Shown: positions 7,633-19,150, counted from the stretch's first letter. The stretch: 49,223 nucleotides of DNA from Acidobacteriota bacterium (GCA_046723495.1 JBKOUP010000243.1:1-49223), one strand, 5' to 3'. The notes: generated from the sequence alone by a model not told the origin. Numbers and translations are program-made.

Positions 7633-9375
7633 ATGCGCGCGCTGCTCGACGACATTCTCGCCTCGCTGCGCGCGCCCGCCCTCCGCTATGCCGACGTCCG
7701 CCTCACCGTCACCTCCGAGCAGCACGTGCGCGTGCGCAACGGCGAGGTCGACACGCTCGCTTCGACCGTCGACCGCGCCGCCGGCGTGCGCGTGCTCGTC
7801 GGCAACGGCTGGGGCTTCGCGGCCACGAGCGACGTCGCCGAGGAGTCGATTCGGGCGGCGGCGCGGCGGGCGCTCGAAGTCGCCGCGGCCAGCCACATCG
7901 CCACGACGCAGACCGTCGTCCTGAGCGACGTCGATGCCTACGTGCAGACGTGGGCGTCGCGCTACGACGTCGATCCGTGGTCGATCCCACTCGACCGCAA
8001 AGTCGACCACCTCCTCGCCGCGACCGAGCCGATGCGCAGCGACCCGCGCGTGCATCAGGTCTCCGGCGACCTCTCCGCCTATCGACAGGAGAAAACGTTC
8101 GCCTCGACGATCGGCAGCTACCTCGAGCAGACCACGACCGAGGTCGGCGGCGGCATCGAAGCCGTGGCCATCGACGACGGCGAATACCAGCGGCGCACGT
8201 ACCCGAACCCATTCGGCGGCGACTACCAGGCCGGCGGCTGGGAAATCATCGAAGCGCTCGACCTCCCCGGCAGCGCGCCGCGCGTGCGCGACGAAGTCCT
8301 GGCCTTGCTCGCCGCGCCGAAAGCGCCTGCAGGCCGCTTCGACCTCGTCGTCGGCTCGTCGCAGCTGGCGTTGCAGGTGCACGAGTCGGGCGGGCATCCG
8401 ACCGAGCTCGATCGGGCCATGGGGCTGGAGATCTCGCTCGCCGGCGGCTCGTTCCTGCAGCCGGACATGCTCGGCAAGTTCCGCTACGGCAGCGAGCTCG
8501 TGAACATCGTCGCCGACGCCACGGTGCCGGGCGCGATCGGCTCGTTCGCCTTCGACGACGACGGCGTTCCCGCGCAGCGCTTCCACCTCATCGAGAACGG
8601 GCTCTTCGTCGACTACCTGACGGGCCGCGACACGGCGCCGTTCATCGGCCGCAAATCGAACGGCACGGTGCGCGCGGAGAGCGCGGCGCGCATCCCGATC
8701 ATCCGCATGACGAACATCAACCTCGAGCCGGGCCTGACGCCGCTCGCCGAGCTGATCGCCGGGACGAAGCGCGGGATCTTCGTCGACACGAACAAGTCGT
8801 GGTCGATCGACGACCTCCGCCTCAATTTCCAGTTCGGCTGCGAGGTGGCGTGGGAAATCGAGAACGGCCGCCTCGGCCGGATGCTGAAGAATCCGCTCTA
8901 CACCGGCACCACGCCGGAGTTCTGGCGCTCCTGCGACGCCGTCGGCGACCGCGCCAGCTGGCGGATCTGGGGACTGCCGAACTGCGGGAAGGGGGACCCG
9001 ATGCAGACGATGAGGGTCGCCCATGGCGCGCCCGTCGCGAGATTCCGCGGCGTGGAGATGGGATGTGAAAAAACCAGAAACCAGAAACCAGAAACCAGAA
9101 GCGGTTGCCGGACAGGGTTCTGGTTTCTGGTTTCTGGTTTCTGGTTTAACCACGACGATGCGCGGCGAACGCGAAAGCTACGACATTCTCGATCGCATCC
9201 TCGACCTCGCCTCCGCGACCGAGGCCGATGCCGTTTTCGCGTCGACCGACCACAACATCAGCCGCTTCGCGAACTCGGGCGTGCACCAGAACATGTCGGA
9301 GGTCAGCGCCTGGCTGAAGCTGCGCGTCGTCGTGAACGGCGCGATCGGCACCGCCGCCACGACCTCCTTCGATGA
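7633..9375 (+). CDS. tldD: TldD metalloprotease subunit with an anomalous ~103-aa C-terminal read-through tail
   Basis: MRALLDDILASL... The HExxxH motif appears as VHESGGHPTELD. The family-typical C-terminus ...CGKGDPMQTMRVAHGAPVARFRGVEMG ends near 9063, but the first in-frame stop is TGA 9373-9375. The ORF-track extension back to 6790 overlaps the previous gene and is rejected. Confidence 0.85.
   Translation: MRALLDDILASLRAPALRYADVRLTVTSEQHVRVRNGEVDTLASTVDRAAGVRVLVGNGWGFAATSDVAEESIRAAARRALEVAAASHIATTQTVVLSDVDAYVQTWASRYDVDPWSIPLDRKVDHLLAATEPMRSDPRVHQVSGDLSAYRQEKTFASTIGSYLEQTTTEVGGGIEAVAIDDGEYQRRTYPNPFGGDYQAGGWEIIEALDLPGSAPRVRDEVLALLAAPKAPAGRFDLVVGSSQLALQVHESGGHPTELDRAMGLEISLAGGSFLQPDMLGKFRYGSELVNIVADATVPGAIGSFAFDDDGVPAQRFHLIENGLFVDYLTGRDTAPFIGRKSNGTVRAESAARIPIIRMTNINLEPGLTPLAELIAGTKRGIFVDTNKSWSIDDLRLNFQFGCEVAWEIENGRLGRMLKNPLYTGTTPEFWRSCDAVGDRASWRIWGLPNCGKGDPMQTMRVAHGAPVARFRGVEMGCEKTRNQKPETRSGCRTGFWFLVSGFWFNHDDARRTRKLRHSRSHPRPRLRDRGRCRFRVDRPQHQPLRELGRAPEHVGGQRLAEAARRRERRDRHRRHDLLR
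9071..9147. repeat. Perfect 30-bp inverted repeat; each arm is four tandem heptamers (AAACCAG / CTGGTTT), 17-nt loop
   Basis: 9071-9100 is the exact reverse complement of 9118-9147. The loop 9101-9117 reads gcggttgccggacaggg. Lies between the TldD conserved end and the pmbA ATG. Confidence 0.95.
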
Positions 9376-10492
9376 CGACGAGCTCGCGCGCACGGCCGGG
9401 CTGGCGCGCGAGGCGGCCAGGCACTCCGGCCCCGTGCCGGGCTTCGCCGGCCTCTATCGCGACAACGAGCCGCTGCCGGACGTGCGCACCTTCGACGAGC
9501 GCGCCGCGTCGATCGCGCCGGCGGAGAAGGCGCGGGCGCTGCGCACGATGTTCGACCGCGGCCGCGAGCACGGCGTCCTCTTCGCCGGCTCGTACGCCAC
9601 CGGGGCGTCGTCGCTCGCTTGCGCGAACACGCACGGCGTGCGCCGCTTCACCACATTCACGTCGTGCGACGCCAGCGTCATCGCCCTCCGCGGCGAGGCC
9701 TCCGGCTTCGCCACCGCCATCGACCGCGGCGACGTCGACGTCATCGCCCTCGGCGAGGAAGCGACGACGAAGGCGACGCTCTGCGGCGATCGCCTCGAGT
9801 CGCTCGAGCCCGGCGCGTACGACGTCATCCTCGAGCCCGCGGCCATCGCCGAGGTGCTGGAGTGGATGAACATGATCACCTTCAGCGGGCAGTCGTTCGA
9901 GGACGGCTCCTCGTTCTTCGTCGACAACCTCGGCAAGCAGCTCCTCGGCGCTAACCTCACCATCGCCGACGACGCCATCGATCCCGAGCTCCTCCCCTTC
10001 CCTTTCGACCTCGAAGGAATGCCGAAGCGCCGCGTGGCCATGATCGAGAACGGCGTCGTGCGCACGCCCGTCGTCGACAAGATCTACGCCGACCGCCTCC
10101 ACCTCCCGCCCACGGCGAACGGCTGGAGCCTCGGCGGCGGCGAGCACGGCACGGTCTTCCACGCCTCCGTCGCCGGCGGCGAGGCCACGCGTGAGGAGCT
10201 GCTCCGCTCGACGAAGCTCGGCATCTGGGTGACGCGCTTCAACTACGTCAACGGCCTGCTCGAGCCGAAGACGGCGCTGATGACCGGCACCACGCGCGAC
10301 GGCACGTTCCTCATCCGCGACGGCGAGGTGGCGGCGCGCCTGCCGAACCTACGCTGGACGCAGTCGATGGTCGAAGCGTTCTCGGCGATCGACGGCCTCG
10401 CGCGCGAGCGCCGCCGCGTCGGGGCGTGGTACAACGCCTTCGGGGGAACGATCGCGCCGGTTCTAAGGGTGCGAGGGTGGAAGTTCTCTTAG
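9158..10492 (+). CDS. pmbA: PmbA/TldE metalloprotease partner subunit
   Basis: MRGERESYDILDRILDLA... Same fold family as TldD but no HExxxH. ATG 9158 lies just after the hairpin. The upstream part of the ORF (9023-9157) only translates the hairpin. Confidence 0.85.
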   Translation: MRGERESYDILDRILDLASATEADAVFASTDHNISRFANSGVHQNMSEVSAWLKLRVVVNGAIGTAATTSFDDDELARTAGLAREAARHSGPVPGFAGLYRDNEPLPDVRTFDERAASIAPAEKARALRTMFDRGREHGVLFAGSYATGASSLACANTHGVRRFTTFTSCDASVIALRGEASGFATAIDRGDVDVIALGEEATTKATLCGDRLESLEPGAYDVILEPAAIAEVLEWMNMITFSGQSFEDGSSFFVDNLGKQLLGANLTIADDAIDPELLPFPFDLEGMPKRRVAMIENGVVRTPVVDKIYADRLHLPPTANGWSLGGGEHGTVFHASVAGGEATREELLRSTKLGIWVTRFNYVNGLLEPKTALMTGTTRDGTFLIRDGEVAARLPNLRWTQSMVEAFSAIDGLARERRRVGAWYNAFGGTIAPVLRVRGWKFS

Positions 10493-10536
10493 GCGAATCG
10501 AGCTTTGTGGCATGGAACTCGCCGGTGCTCCCCTGA

Positions 10537-10556
10537 CCCCGCGTCTTCGCGCGGGG
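10537..10556 (+). terminator. GC hairpin after pmbA (CCCCGCG-tcttcg-CGCGGGG)
   Basis: 7-bp GC stem with a 6-nt loop, 45 nt after the pmbA stop. No clear U-tract follows. Confidence 0.35.
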
Positions 10557-10569
10557 TAAAGTCAGAAAC

Positions 10570-11493
10570 GTGACGCAGTACATCATCCGACGGCTGGCGC
10601 AGATGGTTCCGATCACCTTCGGGATCCTTACGCTCGTTTTCTCGCTGATCCACCTCGTCCCGGGCGATCCCGCCGTGCAGATCGCCGGCGAGAACGCGCG
10701 CGCCGAGGACGTGCGCCAGGTGCGGCACGCCCTCGGGCTCGACCAGCCGCTGTTCACGCAGTACGTCAACTACCTCCGCGCCATCGCCCATGGCGACCTC
10801 GGCCGCTCGTTCCAGACGAACGAGAGCGTGTCGGTGCAGATCCGGCAGCGCTATCCGGCCACGATCGAGCTCGCGTTCGGGGCGATGGTCATCGCCCTTC
10901 TCGTCGCGTTTCCGCTCGGCATCATCTCGGCGATCTACCGCAACTCCTGGATCGACAACGTGGCCCGCTTCTTCGCCCTCATCGGCGTGTCGATGCCGAG
11001 CTTCTGGTTCGGTCCGCTGCTGATCATGGCCTTCGCCATCAATCATCCGTGGTTCCCCGTCTCCGGACGCGACGAGGGGCTGAGGTCGCTGGTCCTGCCG
11101 GCGCTGACGATGGGGCTGGCGCTGGCGGCGATCCTGACGCGCATGATCCGCGTGAGCCTGGCCGAGGAGCTGACGCAGCTCTACGTCACGACGGCGGTGG
11201 CGAAGGGGGTGACGCGGATGAAGGTGATCTTCCGCCACGCCATGAAAAACGCCCTGATTCCGGTGATCACGGTGCTGGCGCTGCAATTCGGATCGCTGCT
11301 GACGGGCGCGATCATCACCGAACAGATTTTCTCGTGGCCGGGACTGGGACGGCTGCTGTACGACTCGATCCTGAAGCGCGATTACCCGCAGGTGCAGGCG
11401 TCGATCCTGGTGATCGCGCTGACGTACATCGCCGTCAACTTCGCCAGCGACCTGCTGTACGGCGTGGTCGACCCGAGGATCAAGCTGGAATGA
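10570..11493 (+). CDS. ABC peptide/nickel-type transporter permease (DppB/OppB family)
   Basis: GTG start. VTQYIIRRLAQMVPITFGILTLVFSLIHLVPGDPA is the canonical N-terminus of this family. Multi-TM. Confidence 0.85.
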   Translation: MTQYIIRRLAQMVPITFGILTLVFSLIHLVPGDPAVQIAGENARAEDVRQVRHALGLDQPLFTQYVNYLRAIAHGDLGRSFQTNESVSVQIRQRYPATIELAFGAMVIALLVAFPLGIISAIYRNSWIDNVARFFALIGVSMPSFWFGPLLIMAFAINHPWFPVSGRDEGLRSLVLPALTMGLALAAILTRMIRVSLAEELTQLYVTTAVAKGVTRMKVIFRHAMKNALIPVITVLALQFGSLLTGAIITEQIFSWPGLGRLLYDSILKRDYPQVQASILVIALTYIAVNFASDLLYGVVDPRIKLE

Positions 11494-12323
11494 AGCGCTT
11501 CAAGCAGCTCCTGCGCAACTTCGCCTTCACCATGGGCCTGATCGTGACGGTGGCGCTCGTCGCGGCCGCGATCGCGGCACCGCTGGTGGCGCCGTACGAT
11601 CCGGACGCGCAGGACACGTCGCGGCGGCTCGAGGCGCCCTCGCACGCGCATCCGCTGGGGCTCGACGAGCTCGGACGCGACGTCCTGTCGCGGATCCTGT
11701 GGGGGGCGCGGGTGTCGCTGCGCGTCGGCTTCAGCGTGGTGATCCTGGCCTCGTTCACCGGCGTCCTCCTCGGCGCGATCAGCGGCTACTTCGGCGGCCT
11801 GGTCGACACGATCATCATGCGCGTCACCGACATCCTCCTGGCCTTTCCGGGCATCCTGCTGGCCATCGCCCTCGTGGCCGTGCTCGGGCCGAGCATCAAC
11901 AACGTGATCTTCGCCCTGGCCATCATCGGCTGGGTCGGCTACGCGCGCCTGACGCGCGGGCAGGTGCTGAAGGTCCGGGAGATGGAGTACGTGACGGCGG
12001 CGAAGGCGCTGGGAGCGAAGTCGCCGCGCGTGATCGCGCTGCACGTGCTGCCGAACGTGATGAACCCGGTGATCGTGATGGCCACGCTCGGCCTGGCCGG
12101 CGCGATTCTCTCCGAGGCCGCGCTGTCGTTCCTCGGCCTGGGCGTGCAGCCGCCGACGCCGTCGTGGGGTGGGATGCTCGCCTACGGCCGCCCCTACGTC
12201 GGCGAAGCGAATCATCTGACGATCTTCCCCGGCGCGGCCATCATGCTGGCCGTGATGGGCCTGAATTTTCTCGGCGACGGGATGATCGACGCGCTCGACC
12301 CGAAGTACCGGAAGGAGATGTAG
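11490..12323 (+). CDS. ABC peptide/nickel-type transporter permease (DppC/OppC family)
   Basis: ATGA overlap with the previous gene. MKRFKQLLRNFAFTMGL...PLGLDELGRDVLSRILWGARVSL is typical of the family. Confidence 0.85.
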   Translation: MKRFKQLLRNFAFTMGLIVTVALVAAAIAAPLVAPYDPDAQDTSRRLEAPSHAHPLGLDELGRDVLSRILWGARVSLRVGFSVVILASFTGVLLGAISGYFGGLVDTIIMRVTDILLAFPGILLAIALVAVLGPSINNVIFALAIIGWVGYARLTRGQVLKVREMEYVTAAKALGAKSPRVIALHVLPNVMNPVIVMATLGLAGAILSEAALSFLGLGVQPPTPSWGGMLAYGRPYVGEANHLTIFPGAAIMLAVMGLNFLGDGMIDALDPKYRKEM

Positions 12324-12325
12324 CG

Positions 12326-12877
12326 GTGCGAAAGCTGAAGTTGCAAATGCAGATGACGGTCGACGGCTTCGTGGCCGGCCCCGAGGGCCAGCTGGATTGG
12401 ATGACGTGGGAGATGGACGAGACGCTCATCGCCTTCATCAACCAGCTCACCGACACGAGCGACATGATCCTGATGGGGCGGAAGATGACGGACGGTTTCG
12501 TCAAGTATTGGGAGCACGTCGTCACGCAGCCGGACAGCCCCGAGTACGAGTTCGGCCAGAAGATGGTGAACCTGCCGAAGGTCGTCTTCAGCAGGACGCA
12601 GACGAGCATGCCGGGACGGAATGTGCGGGTCGAGAGCAGGCTCGACGCGATCGACGCTCTCAAACGCCAGGACGGCAAGGACCTGATCGTTTACGGCGGC
12701 GCGACGTTCGTCGGATCGCTGATCGAGAATCAGCTGATCGACGAGCTCAATCTGTTCGTCAATCCCATTGCCATCGGAGAAGGGCTGCGCATCTTCCACG
12801 CGCGCACGCCGCTGAAGCGGATCGCGTCGACGGCCTACGCCAGCGGGATCGTCGTCAACACGTACGCGCCGCGGTAG
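12326..12877 (+). CDS. Dihydrofolate reductase family protein (RibD C-terminal domain type)
   Basis: GTG 12326. VRKLKLQMQMTVDGFVAGPEGQLDWM...LIVYGGATFVGSLIENQLIDELNLFVNPIAIGEG matches the RibD_C pattern. Confidence 0.7.
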   Translation: MRKLKLQMQMTVDGFVAGPEGQLDWMTWEMDETLIAFINQLTDTSDMILMGRKMTDGFVKYWEHVVTQPDSPEYEFGQKMVNLPKVVFSRTQTSMPGRNVRVESRLDAIDALKRQDGKDLIVYGGATFVGSLIENQLIDELNLFVNPIAIGEGLRIFHARTPLKRIASTAYASGIVVNTYAPR

Positions 12878-12887
12878 TCGCTCGATC

Positions 12888-15322
<2,435 letters not shown>

Positions 15323-15410
15323 TGCGTGTGGCGCAAGAAACTCGTAATGTGATCGCAGAGCCGGGTAGCGCGCTTGAGGTCGGTACAGTCTTCGCAAAGT
15401 AGAGAAGGCA

Positions 15411-15818
15411 ATGCCGGTTGGAAAGATCGACGGAAGCGGCCGACGCATTCTGGTCATCGACGATGACCTGGCGATCCGCGTGCTGCTGCAAGCGGTGCTG
15501 AAGCGGATGAAGTTCGACGTCGAGCTCGCCGAGGATGGGCAGGCCGGCCTCGAGAAGCTCCGCAACAGCGCCCGCTACGATCTCATCCTCCTCGACCTGA
15601 TGATGCCGCGCGTGAACGGCTACGAGTTCATCGAGCGCATCGGGGACGTGCTGCCGGACGGGCGCCCGCACATCATCGTCTTCACCGCGGCGGGAAAGCG
15701 CGGCGTCGACAAGATCCCGCCCGACGCCGTCTGCAACGCCATCCTCAAGCCGTTCGACCTCGAGAAATTCATCGAGATGATCGGCGACTGCCTCGAGCAG
15801 GCGCACGCGACGGGGTGA
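15411..15818 (+). CDS. Single-domain response regulator (CheY-like receiver)
   Basis: RILVIDDD...YDLILLDLMMPRVNGYEF...IVFTA...ILKPFD. All canonical receiver residues are present. Confidence 0.9.
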   Translation: MPVGKIDGSGRRILVIDDDLAIRVLLQAVLKRMKFDVELAEDGQAGLEKLRNSARYDLILLDLMMPRVNGYEFIERIGDVLPDGRPHIIVFTAAGKRGVDKIPPDAVCNAILKPFDLEKFIEMIGDCLEQAHATG

Positions 15819-15826
15819 GGCCTGTG

Positions 15827-15866
15827 GGGCGGGATTCATCCCGCCCGCGCGGACTGAAGTCCGCGC
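15827..15866. terminator. Two tandem GC hairpins between convergent genes (bidirectional terminator candidate)
   Basis: GGGCGGG-attcat-CCCGCCC (15827-15846), immediately followed by GCGCGGAC-tgaa-GTCCGCGC (15847-15866). Confidence 0.5.
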
Positions 15867-15895
15867 CACACATGCCGAGAGATCGTTCGCTTTGC

Positions 15896-16606
15896 TCAAC
15901 ATGGCGTCTCAGGATGACGGAGGGCCCATTCGATCTGCCTGATGATGCCGAGGAGGATCGTGGCCTCGCGCGCGTCGAGGTCGGCGCGGCCGGCCATGGC
16001 CCGGAGGTCGTCGTAGATCCGCTCGGGATTGTTCTCCTGCAGGAATCCGACTTCGAGCAGCAGCGCAGCGGCGCGGTCGTGCAAGCGCTCGACGACGTCG
16101 GCCGGCGCGCGCTCGCGCAGCTCCTCGCCGCGCGAGACCTTGGCGAGCTCGTAGCAGAAGACGCAGACCGACTGGGCGAGGTTCATCGTCGGAAAGCTCG
16201 CGTTCGTCGGAATCGACACGCTGCGCTGGCACTGCACGAGCTCTTCGCGCGTCAGGCCGCGGTCCTCGCGGCCGAAGACGAGAGCGAGGACGTCGTCGTC
16301 CGCCAGCGTGCGCGCCAGCGCGGCGAGCGTGCCCGGCGCGAGGTCGGCCGGCGTCGTGCGGCCGCGCGCCGACGTCGTGGCCACGGTGAGCTTCGCGTCG
16401 CGCACGGCGTGGTGAAGCGAATCGGCGAAGCGCGCGTTCTCGACGACGTCGTCCGCGCCGCTGGCCCACCAGCCGGCCAGCGGCGACAGCGGCGGATGTT
16501 CGCCGACGATCCAGAGCTCGTCGAAGCCGAAGTTCTTCATCGAGCGGGCCACGGCGCCGACGTTGCCCGCTTCGCGCGGCTCGACGAGGACGATGCGGAG
16601 CTTCAT
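15896..16606 (-). CDS. trmJ: tRNA (cytidine/uridine-2'-O)-methyltransferase, SpoU/TrmH class
   Basis: MKLRIVLVEPREAGNVGAVARSMKNFGF is a TrmJ-type N-terminus. ALVFGREDRGLT and VSIPT blocks present. ATGA overlap with the upstream decarboxylase. Confidence 0.8.
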   Translation of the reverse strand: MKLRIVLVEPREAGNVGAVARSMKNFGFDELWIVGEHPPLSPLAGWWASGADDVVENARFADSLHHAVRDAKLTVATTSARGRTTPADLAPGTLAALARTLADDDVLALVFGREDRGLTREELVQCQRSVSIPTNASFPTMNLAQSVCVFCYELAKVSRGEELRERAPADVVERLHDRAAALLLEVGFLQENNPERIYDDLRAMAGRADLDAREATILLGIIRQIEWALRHPETPC

Positions 16607-17877
16607 CGCCGGAGAGCGCCGAGGAGCGCATCGATGTGCGTCTTCTCCGTGCGCGGGTTGATGATCGTCACGCGCAGCACGCGCTCCCCTTTCAGCAGCG
16701 TCGACGTGATCCAGGCCGCGCCGGAGCGGATGAGATCCTCGCGGATTTGGGCGTTGTCGCCGCTGCGATGGCGGAAACAGAAGATGTTGAACTCCGGCTC
16801 GTGCATGGCCTCGAAATCATCCGACGCCAGCACGCGCTCGTAGAGGTAGCGCGTCATCGCCGTCACGTGGTCGAGGGCGCGCGTGATCGGCTCGGTGCCG
16901 GCGATCTGCAGCGTCAGCCAGAGCTTGACGGCGTCGGCGCGCTTCGAGCACTGGATCGTCATCTCGCCGAGGTTGCCGCTGCCGCCGTGGAACAGATACG
17001 GCGCGTCGGCGGCGAAAGCGCGGCGGAGCCACACGCCGTCCCGCACGAGAATCGCGCCGAGGGAGAGCGGCATCCACATCATCTTGTGCGGGTCCCAGGA
17101 GAGCGAGTCGGCGAGGTCGAGGCCGTCGACGAGGTGCTTCAGCGACGGCGACAGCAGCACCGAGGCGCCGTGCGCGGCGTCGACGTGGAGCCAGGTGTCG
17201 TGGCGGTCGCGCAGCGCGGCGATGGCACGGAGGTCGTCGAAGGAGCCGGTCGCGGTCGAGCCGGCCGTGGCCACGATGGCCATCGGCGTCACGCTCTCGA
17301 GCAGCGCGGCCAGCGCCTCGACATCCATCCGATGCGCGCGGTCCGTCGGCACACTCACGGCCTCGGCGCCCATGATCGCCGCGGCGCGTGCGACGGAGTA
17401 ATGCGTGTCGGCCCCGCAGACGACGACGCGGCGGTCCGGCCGGCGCGCGCGCGCCGCGAGAAGGCCGGTGAGGTTCGCCGCCGAGCCGCCGGAGACGGCC
17501 GTGCCGAGGGCGGTGTCGGGATAGCCGGCGCGATCGCAGAGCCAGCGCACGATCTCCTGCTCGATGACCGTGCCGAGCGGACTCATCTCCCACACCGCCG
17601 TCGACTGGTTCAGCGCGGAGACGACGAAGTCGGCGATGACCGCGGTCGGAAACGGCGGGCAGACCTGGTGGCCCATGTACGACGGGTGATGGAGCTGGAT
17701 GGCGTTGTCAAGGAGCTGGCGGACGCAGTCCATCGGCGCGGCGCCGCCGAGACCCGCGCGCAGCTCCTCGGCCGGGCGCCAGTCGACGACAGGGCGCGAC
17801 TCGATGCGCTCGACGTGGTCGAAGACGGCGTCGACGACTTCGTGGGCGAGGGCGCGGGCGGCGGCATCGAAAAACAT
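16603..17877 (-). CDS. PLP-dependent group II amino-acid decarboxylase family protein
   Basis: HHPSYMGHQV, SGGSAANLTGLLAAR, HVDAAHG and the PLP-lysine block SWDPHKMMWMP. ATG 17877 is preferred over TTG 17913, which would overlap the divergent gene. Confidence 0.8.
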   Translation of the reverse strand: MFFDAAARALAHEVVDAVFDHVERIESRPVVDWRPAEELRAGLGGAAPMDCVRQLLDNAIQLHHPSYMGHQVCPPFPTAVIADFVVSALNQSTAVWEMSPLGTVIEQEIVRWLCDRAGYPDTALGTAVSGGSAANLTGLLAARARRPDRRVVVCGADTHYSVARAAAIMGAEAVSVPTDRAHRMDVEALAALLESVTPMAIVATAGSTATGSFDDLRAIAALRDRHDTWLHVDAAHGASVLLSPSLKHLVDGLDLADSLSWDPHKMMWMPLSLGAILVRDGVWLRRAFAADAPYLFHGGSGNLGEMTIQCSKRADAVKLWLTLQIAGTEPITRALDHVTAMTRYLYERVLASDDFEAMHEPEFNIFCFRHRSGDNAQIREDLIRSGAAWITSTLLKGERVLRVTIINPRTEKTHIDALLGALRR

Positions 17878-17903
17878 CGGCGCGGGATTGTATTCTTCGC
17901 GGC

Positions 17904-19148
17904 ATGATCGCAACGCTGCTTGCTTCCGTCATCGCCATCAAAGCCGGGACACTCATCGACGGCCGCTCGGACGCGCCGCGGCACAACCAGACCATCGTCA
18001 TCCGCGACAACCGCATCGCCGAGGTCGGCGAGAACGTAGCCGTGCCGGCGGGGGCGCAGGTCATCGACCTCTCGAAGTCGACCGTGCTGCCCGGGCTCAT
18101 CGACGCCCACACGCACATCTTTCTGCAGGGCGAAGACCCGGCCGCGGGCGGCTACGACGTCCAGCTGCTGAAGTACGGCCTCGCCTACCGCGCCGCGCGC
18201 GCGACGGTGTCGGCGCGGCGCGCGCTCGAGCAGGGCTTCACGACGATTCGCGACATGGAGACCGAGGGGGCGGGGTACGGCGACGTCGGCATCAAGCAAG
18301 CGATCAACGAGGGCCACATCCCCGGCCCGCGCATCTTCGCCTGCACGCGTGCCATCTCCACGAGCGGCGGCTATCCGCTGGAAGGCTACGCGCCGGAGAT
18401 CGTCGTGCCGAAGGGGGTGCAGATCGTCGACGGGCCCGTCGAGGCGCGCAAAGCCGCGCGCGAGCAGCTCGACAACGGCGCCGATTGGATCAAGGTCTAC
18501 ATGACGCACCGCTCGTGGCTCGACAAACAGGGCAACCTCGTGTCGCAGCCCACACTCACGGTCGAGGAGCTGCGGGCCATCGTCGACGAGACGCACGGCT
18601 GGAAGCGGAAGGTGGCCTGCCACGCCTACGGCGGCGAGGGGCTGCACCGCGCCCTCGACGGCGGCTGCGACTCGATCGAGCACGGCCTCGATCTCGACGA
18701 CGCCGCGATCGCGCAGATGGTGCGCCAGGGGACGTGGCTGGTGCCGACGCTCTCGGTCTACTACGACCACAACGATCCGCCCGACACGCCCTCGGGCCGT
18801 CGCGACCGCAAGCGCGTGGAGGTGCACGGGCCGTCGTTCCAGAAGGCGATGAAGGCGGGAGTGAAGATCGCCTTTGGGACGGACGTGGGCGGCTTCGCAT
18901 GGACGGAGCCGATCGCGCAGGAGTTTGGGCGGATGGTGTCGTTCGGCATGACGCCGATGGAGGCGATCAAGTCGGCGACGTCGCGCGCCGCCGAGCTCGT
19001 CGGCATGACCGGCGACCTCGGCGTGATCGCGCCCGGCGCGTTCGCCGACGTCGTCGCCGTCGACGGCGATCCGCTGCAGAACGTCGAGGTGCTGAAGAAC
19101 GTGCGGTTCGTGATGAAGGATGGGAAGGTGGTTAAGACGCTGCCGTAA
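17904..19148 (+). CDS. Amidohydrolase family metal-dependent hydrolase
   Basis: GLIDAHTHIF (HxH metal site), ACHAYG, SIEHG and FGTDVG blocks, typical of imidazolonepropionase/prolidase-like amidohydrolases. Confidence 0.8.
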   Translation: MIATLLASVIAIKAGTLIDGRSDAPRHNQTIVIRDNRIAEVGENVAVPAGAQVIDLSKSTVLPGLIDAHTHIFLQGEDPAAGGYDVQLLKYGLAYRAARATVSARRALEQGFTTIRDMETEGAGYGDVGIKQAINEGHIPGPRIFACTRAISTSGGYPLEGYAPEIVVPKGVQIVDGPVEARKAAREQLDNGADWIKVYMTHRSWLDKQGNLVSQPTLTVEELRAIVDETHGWKRKVACHAYGGEGLHRALDGGCDSIEHGLDLDDAAIAQMVRQGTWLVPTLSVYYDHNDPPDTPSGRRDRKRVEVHGPSFQKAMKAGVKIAFGTDVGGFAWTEPIAQEFGRMVSFGMTPMEAIKSATSRAAELVGMTGDLGVIAPGAFADVVAVDGDPLQNVEVLKNVRFVMKDGKVVKTLP

Positions 19149-19150
19149 AT

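Noticed and set aside
9066-9150. Short tandem repeats considered as a CRISPR array or a MITE/REP mobile element. The same question applies to the other three heptamer hairpins.
   Set aside because: The units are 7 nt with no spacers, so this is not CRISPR. No cas genes are present. The four loci share no sequence, and I saw no target-site duplications or terminal motifs, so a single mobile-element family is not supported.
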